Positions 52,401-61,400 of a stretch of 64,000 nucleotides of DNA are shown here, in pieces (position 1 is the stretch's first letter; each line of letters starts with the position of its first letter). The notes under the pieces were generated by a model that ran no database searches, was not told the origin of the DNA, and was given only the letters and a program-made list of their open reading frames with translations. The position numbers were made by a program, and so were the translations under genes. Source of the stretch: Glaucostegus cemiculus. Taxonomy: Eukaryota. The DNA lies in assembly GCA_976551045.1 (NCBI GenBank), contig CDPCPM010000043.1, positions 4,526,001-4,590,000 on the forward strand. The letters run 5' to 3'.

Positions 52401-55400
52401 AGAAGTGTATTTATTCCAGAGGTTGGTTCTCAGTCACGTGACCACTGCAGTGGCTAAAAGGCCTGAGTGAATCCAACCACCTGTGTTGATTAGAGAGTGG
52501 ACAAGATCGATGGGTGGGCATATGTGGCCAGAAAATTGGCCAATCCAATATCTTGTAACAGAGGGTCCTAATCAGTGTTGTCCATTTTCTCTGCTTAGCT
52601 AGCCAATCCCAGAACTTTAGTTCTCCAAAGGCTGGAGCATTACCTGATTTCACTGCAGGTTGCTGCCTTCGACCCTCTACTCCCACTGTTCCTGATCTAG
52701 CCCTGTTCTGCAGCTCAACCCAGTCATTCTCTTACAGATCTTCAATCTGCTGAAATGGTGCAGGAGTTAACTCAGATCACAATATTCCAGCCACTTAGTG
52801 ACACTTCTTGATAATAGCCTGTTAAACCTCCTGTTTACTCTTTATCTTTCCTTCTCACTTTCTGTCTTGCTTTTGCTTTCTCACTTTCTGGTCTATAAGT
52901 TTTAGTTATAGTTTTACTCACTCACTTCACAGGCCACTGAAGAGTCTGTTGTCCCAGTTGATGTTATGGAACATGGTCTCCGCCCATTCAACTTGGTCAT
53001 TCCCTTCACTGTCCAGAAGGGAGAAATCACAGGTAAGATGGAAAATTTTCCTTCTGCAGTGGATCTTTCTCACGGGCACAGTGAGATTGTGCATGTTGTC
53101 CATGGTTGTACATTGGTGATCATTCAGAAATGAAAAGGCTGAATTCCCAGAGTCTAGTGAGGTCAGTTAAGGAGGGTGAATAGCCACCCTCACCTTTCCC
53201 TCATCCCTTTTTGAGAGAAGGGACCATGTCCATCTCTGCCTGGGTGAGTTTTGAAAGGGTGAACACACTTCCTATTTGTATATCATTTTTTCCCAACCTT
53301 TTTATGTGGTGAGCTCCACCATTCAAATTCTGTGGATACTGTGGGGACTAATGTGATATCTGAAAACTAGTATCTAGGATGGTGCAGAGATTTACTGCCT
53401 TATAGCTCCAGATCTCTGGAGTGAGACTTGAACTCATGACCTTCTGATGCTTTGCCAAAATTGAGAAGTTGATGTTGGTGAAATATAATTTCCCTTTCAC
53501 AAACCCATGTTGACTTTACTGGATGACCTTGTTTTTACAATTGCCCTATTATAACATTGCTAATAACAGCTGTTAGCATTCTCCCCCATAACAGCCTTTA
53601 GTTTCCTGCTTTGTCAATGTTTGACTGAATTTCATGTTCTCAAATTCTTACCTGCACTTGTAAGCTGGCAATCTTCTGTTTCCCTTCCTCGTCCCAGGTG
53701 AAGTCCGGATGCCATCTGGTAAAACTGGCCGTCCACACATAACTGACAACAAGGATGGGACTGTCACAGTAAAATATGCTCCCATCGAGAAGGGTCTGCA
53801 TGAGATGGACATCAAGTATGATGGGAATCACATCCCAGGTATGTGGCTGGACACATCACCATATTAATACTGTGAACTAGTTACTGCCTCTAATTAAAGA
53901 TGTTTCTTCCTGCGTGACCGGTGATTATTTAGCTTTGCCAATACTTGCCTTGTCCTCTTGTTCTGTTGGGACTGTGGTTCTCTGAAATGGCAGTTACATG
54001 TTACATGAATGATCTTGGTGGTGCTGCAGCACCACTGCGTTATACCTACATCTTTAGTGACTGATGCTCCATTCTGATCATGTAACATCGGCCCTGGTAC
54101 CAACATCCAGGATGACGAGTAACCCAGAGCATCCCAGCACGCTCAACTTTGCCATGAGGGAGGTACTGATGCAAACACCTAATTGAGTGGGTGACTGACT
54201 AACTGCAGTATCCTGAGGGAGGAATGACCTTTACTGACCTCCTTACATTTCTTCTGCTATAGGCAGCCCATTACAGTTCTATGTGGATGCTATTAACAGT
54301 GGTCATGTGACTGCATTTGGACCTGGTCTGAGCCATGGGATGGTGAACAAACCTGCAACATTCACCATTGTCACCAAGGATGCAGGGGAAGGTACGTGTG
54401 GGTCAACACTGAATCTAGGAGAAAGGGAGGAAAGCAGGGGCTGAGCAAGGAAGAAGTGCAGGATTATAAACAAAATGCTGTAAAAACTCAGGCAGCAGCT
54501 GTGGAAAGAAAATCTGTTAATGTTGTGGTCTGAAACCCTTCATCAGAGAAATGTAGGATCTGGGCTGGAGTGAAAATTTTTACAACTAGGGAAAAAGATG
54601 TAAAGGTCTGGATTCAGGGTTGGTGAGGGGAAAGGAAAGTGCCCTTTCTTGGTATGTGGGAAGGGTAATGGAATGAGAATGGAGGTGGGGGGGGGGGGAG
54701 TGGGGTTGGATGAGTGGGATTGGGTTTACAGCCCAGGGGTACAGTAGATACCTAAAACAACACTTTCTTTCTGTAGGTGGCCTGTCCCTTGCTGTGGAGG
54801 GTCCCTCTAAAGCTGAAATCACATGTAAAGACAACAAGGATGGGACCTGTACTGTATCATACTTGCCCACGGCCCCTGGAGATTACAACATTATTGTTCG
54901 ATTTGATGACAAGCACATTGCCGGGAGTCCCTTCACAGCCAAGATCACTGGTAACTTTGCTCTCTTGTAGTCCATTGCCAACTTTTTTTTTAAACCTTGT
55001 TGAGACTGAAGAATGTCTATTCTCTTGGTGAGGTTCCATTACAAACACCTGTAGGATTTAGCAGATACTGGGCATTGTAGCTTGACCTGATGCTCTTGTT
55101 TCACTCCTTTCAGAACTTGGTCATTAATCAGAATGCAGAGCCAGTCAACCAGATCCAGAAAGATGGGGTTGGTTCTAATGTAGGTTAGTTGGTGAAACTA
55201 AGATGAGCAGTATACCCATTGATATCATTGGCAGAAAGACCGAGGACTAAATGTCTTTTGGAGCTCTAACAGGTTCACATGTGGACCACGCTGTGAGAGT
55301 GGGTGAAGGGAGAGCTCTAGCTATTCTGTGCTGTATTTATTGACCTTGGCTGTTGGGATGGCCTATTAGCCTCTAAACCTGCAATAGGGAAGAGTTAATA

Positions 55401-58400
55401 ACACACTGTGCGTGCAGGTGCTGATTGTACAGTATTAGGGCGGGCCATGAAGTCTCCACTGTTACATACTCCACTTTAGTAGTTGTCCTCCAGCCAGTCC
55501 AACAGTCAGCTTGGTTGAAGATGGCAGAAGTAATTGCAAGGGTACTGGGACTGATGAGTGTCTTTGAGAACCAAACAAGTTGATGAAACCATTTTGTGCA
55601 GGTGATGACTCGATGAGAACCTCTCAACTCAACGTTGGCACTTCAACTGAAGTCTCACTGAAGATTACAGAAACAGACCTCAGTCTGCTCAATGCCAGCA
55701 TCAAGGCCCCATCTGGTAATGAGGAACCCTGCTTGCTGAAGAGGCTGCCCAACAGGCACATTGGTAAGACATTCAGGAAAGGTGTGCACAGCCAGAGGTT
55801 GACTGGGCATCTCTATTAGATACTGAGTAGTGATCAGTGGTTTCATTTTATTGAACAATAACCCAATTGAAAATTGTGGATTCCATTTTTTTTGTGCTAC
55901 ATGGCTAGAAGGATATTTGGGAGATTCAGCACAGATACACCAAAATGATACTTGGCCATGGAGTTAAATAAATTAAGGTTGTGTCCTATTAGTGTAAAGA
56001 GTGAAAGAACTATATAAATTATTGCTAATTAAAGGATTTGATAGGTTCTATTTACCTGATTGATTGATTATTTATTTAGATAGATAGATAAAATTTCCCA
56101 GCACAAAGATTGTAATCTTAAAACTAGAGTTGGTCCACCAATTAAAACTTCCAAGTCTGAAATCCATGGATTTTTGTTGGATAATGGCTTTAAGGGTATG
56201 AAATGGAGCATGAGGTTAGCCCTTCTCTAAATGAGTGCAGTTGTAAGCTTGGAATTGAATGACCTCATCCAATTCCTTTTATTGCAAATAGCACAAAGAG
56301 TGAGATACTATTTGTTTTGCAATCCTCTCATCCAGCAATGTGATTTGAAGAGTTTTGCATATTAAGGTATAGACAGGATAGACAAATGGATCACTTCCAA
56401 CTCAAGACAAACATTGGAGATTTCAGATTGTATAGAAGAAATAATTGTGAGGCTATGAAATTCCTTAAATTAGGGCTTTTAAGAGCAGGTTAGATGGGAA
56501 CAGGATGGTCATCTGGGATTAGGATAGTGTGTCTGGTGAAGATGAACATCAACACTAACTATGGACAAAATGTACTTCCACTCCTGCCTTTCTCACTTTG
56601 TACAGAATGATGGTCTGTCAATTGGAAGTCCTACAGTTAGGGAGGATTATTCACCATGGTGGTGGGAGGTGACTTTTTTTTCCAGAGGGGTGGGGGGATG
56701 TTGGTTGAAAGTAGTCTTCTCAATGAGTTGGTTGGTTGTTCACGAGCCTCTATGATTGGGGGTGTTGCAAACAGCAGTTGCTGGCTGCGACAGGTCAGAT
56801 ATTCTACCAATGGGTATCTCTTTCCATTCAATGACTTATCCCTACTTTCCTCCTGTTCACCAGGTATTTCATTCACCCCAAAGGAGGTGGGAGAGCATGT
56901 GGTGAGTGTGAAGAAAAATAACCGTCATGTCACAAACAGCCCCTTCAAGATTATGGTAGGGGCCTCTGAGATTGGCGATGCCTCCAAAGTGAAGGTTTCT
57001 GGGAAAGGCCTGGTGGAGGGTCGAACATTTGAGGTGTCAGAATTCATTGTGGACACAAGAGGTGCAGGTAAGGACTAGTTCCATTGAAGACAGTTTCAGT
57101 AGTGACTTGGTGGTTTCAATCAGGAACTGTACTTGCTGCAGAAAAATTGTCTTGTGTGGGAACTGTCTTTTGAGGGGCAGCTTGCTCAGACCATGAGTGA
57201 AAATTATAACCAATCTCCAATCCTGAGGTGATCTAAGTAATGGAATTGCTCCGTCGGGATGGGATAGTTAGTGTTCTGGAATGAATAACTGAATGACTAA
57301 ATGTGTGCTGGGAAAATTTTAAAGACCTGAACAAGGAGTTGTGTTTAACTTGGGAGTAGGCTATCCTTTGTTCTTGATGCACTGTTTTGCACCCATCTCC
57401 CAGGTTACGGAGGGCTTGGTCTGTCTATTGAAGGCCCCAGCAAAGTTGACATCAATTGTGAGGATCAGGAGGATGGAACTTGCAAAGTGACTTACTGCCC
57501 AACTGAGCCAGGCAACTACATTATCAACATTAAATTTGCTGACCGCCATGTGCCAGGTAAGTAACTGGAAAACGAGGGCTCCTTCACACTGTCAGGCCAT
57601 GGCAATGATTTGAACAACCGTGGACTACTGCAGCAGCTTTCACTGTGACCTCATTTTTTTTTCAACCAGCAAGTTACTTGGTGACTGTATGATGTAGCAA
57701 ATTGCATTTGGCTTGCTACTAATTAAGATGTGACTTTTTGTTGTAGGAAGTCCTTTTACAGTGAAGATGACTGGTGAAGGGAGAATTAAGGAGAGTATCA
57801 CCAGGAGACGACAGGCACCCTCCATAGCAACTGTGGGTAGCACCTGTGACCTGAATCTGAAGATTCCAGGTATGTACAACCCCTGGGTCAAGGTCGAGTG
57901 TAATTTATTGTAGGGCAGAATAAATGTTAGCTGCTCTTTTTCTGAGCAGTTTCCTCTACAATCCTCTATGCATGCCATTCATTATCTTTTGCAAATGGAT
58001 ACTGTTTTTCAACAAACAGGATCCTTGCAGATGTGCATGGTCATGGGTGAAAGTGGGAAGCCTTGTTGGGTCTGACAGGAGGCAACTGCAGCATTTGGAT
58101 AAGTTGACTTAAGGGCTTTTTGGGGAAATAGCTGTGGGGGATTGTTCCCTTGTCAGAGGCAATTTCTCACAACCTGCATTTTTATTTTGGGGTTCTGTGT
58201 TATAGAAATCAGTGGGTGAGGAAATGGAGGCAGCTGGGTCTAGAAGGCTTTAGGACCTGTAAGGAAAATAGCTTTCAAAAAAGCTATCTCCTAGCTTTTG
58301 GATTTTTTGGTGACATTGGGTAGATGCTTCAGCTGATGAAGATGCCCATGCCTTTGTTGAACAAGACCTAGACAACATTTAGCCATGGGATAATACTTTA

Positions 58401-61400
58401 TGCCCTATGAGTTTGAAGTAGTTATCTCAAACATTAACCTGCCCCACTTGTTGTTCAAGAGTATTACCATCTCTAAATGCATCAACATCCTGGGTTTACT
58501 GTTGACTTGAAGTACAAGTGGACCACCCAGAAATGAAGCAGGAGCAGGCCACTTGGTCTCTTGCATCTACTCTGTCATTCAACAAAATCTTCTGCCTTGC
58601 GGCCACTTTTCCACCCTATCCCTTGCTTCCTCCAACATCCAAAATGCTATTGAGTTCTGTTTTGAATGAAATCAAGGATTGAGCTCCACAGCTCTCTGGG
58701 GTAGAATTCCATGGATTCACCTCCCTTTTAAGTGAAGAGGTGTGTTCCTATTTGAGTCATAAATGGCTTACTACCTATTTTGAGACTATGACACCCTACT
58801 AGTTTTTGAGACTTGCTTGTTTAAGAATGAAGGCATGTGGAGAACAGCACTTGCCTCTAAATGATGCAGAAATCCTAAATTTCAACACAACTGGTTGGGA
58901 ATTTCCTGATTACACAGCTGTGTTGGACTTTCCATGAACTTGTGCATTTCTCAGCATTGCACAGAAATCTGCATACTGTTCCTGTACCAAACTATACCTG
59001 GCACAGATAATAAAGTGAGCACATTCATTTGAATGGAGAAGAATGGCTGTGAGGGAGAAGGGTTATCTACATTTTGAATTAATTGAGTTAGAAATAAGAA
59101 ACGAAAGCACGAGTAGGCTATATTGCCTCGAGGTGGTTCATCACCACCACCTTAAGGTCAATGAGGGAAGGGCAATAAATGTGGGCCTTGCCAGAAATAA
59201 CCATGTCTTGTATAAGCAAATGCACCTGATTTTTAAATGTCTAACCTTAATTGCCCTTAAACTAAGTGATTTGCCACTTCAAAGAATATTTAACAGTCAA
59301 CCATAATGCTGTGGGTCAAGAACAGCATATAACTAGCCTAACGGTGGCAGATTTCCCCAGTGAATGGTACTGAAGTAATAGTTTTCTTGACTACTTGGTA
59401 GTTTCATTGTCACCATCACTGCTGCCAAGTTTTGTTTTATCTAATTTGTAGATTTCAGTAAACCAGCTGTCCTGGGTCTTTTAGTCTCTGTGCTTTAACT
59501 GTTGTATTAACAATCCAATCCTATTAGACCCTTAATGAGCCTTCAGCAGTCTTCCTATGTTGATTTGAAGAAGATATAATCGGCAGTTCACAACTTAGTG
59601 GTCATTAGTCGTATCACTGACTGATATTCAGTGACACGTCTGGCTAGTTGAGATGAACTCTTGAAAACTGAGAGCAAGATTGGTAATAGAAGGAACTGTT
59701 TGGGACTTTTTTTAAACATTGGTTCATTGATGGGTTAAAACAGAATGTTGGGGTTTGTATGGCAGCTTGGAAAGGTGTTTTGTAAAGATACAAATGTAGG
59801 AGTCGGTCACTTGCCTTACAAGCCTGCTCTGCCATTCTATAAGTGTGCAACTGATCTGGTTGTAATCTCAGTTATACTTCCCTGGCTACCATTTTAGTAC
59901 GATTGCATCCCTTTGCTCATCAGGTATTTATCCACATCTACCCCAAATGTTCAGAAATTATGCTTCCATGATCCTTTGAGGAAGAGGTCCAAAAACTAGT
60001 GACCCTGGAACACATCGCCTCATCTGTGTTGAGGGTTGGCCATTTAAACAGTGATTGCTAGTTCTAGATTCTCCCACAAGAGGAAACCTCCTCTCCACAC
60101 ATATTTCAGGATACTGTATGTTCCAATCACATTGTCTCTCACTCTCCTAAACTCAAGTGGATGCAAGTCTAGCTTGTCCAACATTCCTCATCAGACAAGT
60201 AAATGTTGGACTAGTTAACATGAACTGCTTCCATCCATCCTTAAGGGAACCAATACTGCTCAGAGTACTCCCTGATGTGGTGCCTTTTGCCTGGTAACTG
60301 AAGTTAAACCTCATTTTTGTACTCCATTCACCTCTCAATAAACAATAACAACCTGTTAACTTTCCTGATTTACTTTCTGTAGCTGCATACTAACCTTTTG
60401 TGAACCAGACCCAGATCCCTCTATCAGAGCTCAGCTGTCTCGCTCCATTTAGATGTGCTTTTATTGTTTTCTGCCTAAATAGACAATATTGCATTCCCCC
60501 CTGCCACACTTTGCCTTTTTTGCTCATTGGTTCTGTCTTCCTTCATCTTCCCCCACCTGCCCCCCTTTTTCTTTTAGGAAATTGGTTCCAGATGGTGTCC
60601 GCACAGGAGCGTTTGACCAGGACCTTTACACGCAGTAGCCATACCTACACACGCACGGAACGGACTGAGATCAGTAAAACACGCGGTGGCGAAACTAAGA
60701 GAGAAGTGAGAGTGGAGGAATCCACACAAGTTGGAGGGGACCCTTTCCACAATGTATTCGGAGAGTTCATGGGCCGTGAAAGCCTGGGCTCCTTTACCAA
60801 TATCCCACGGGCTGAAGGTGTGCATCTGACTGTGTTTAATGGAGGGGGTAACTTGATATTTGAAAAGGAAGTGATGAACCAATATTTGAGGTGCTATTGC
60901 CATATGATTTAAGAAATTTTCTAACTTTGTTCTTTCTGTGCAGTGGAAGTTGGAGCAAAGGAGATGACAGCACAGGTCACCAGCCCATCTGGGAAGATGG
61001 ATGATGCAGAAATTATCGAGGGAGACGACAGCACTTACAGTGTGCGGTTCATACCGCAAGAGATGGGCTCTCATACTGTCAATGTTAAGTATAGAGGTCA
61101 ACATGTTCCCGGCAGCCCCTTCCAGTTCACTGTGGGACCACTGGGCGAGGGAGGATCCCACAAAGTTCGAGCTGGGGGCTCTGGTTTGGAGCGTGGTGTG
61201 GCTGCAGTGCCAGGTGAGTTTTTGATTAATGAAACTGGAGATGAGTACAGAATGGGTGCTATTTGGGGAAGGGCAGGAATGGGGCCAGTCTCTGGTGGAG
61301 GAGGGAGGAATATAGGTGTAGTCCAGGGATGGGGATGGAGAGAGACTGATCAGGGGAAGAACAGAATGGCGGTGTAAATTTATTGAGGATAGAGCAGATT

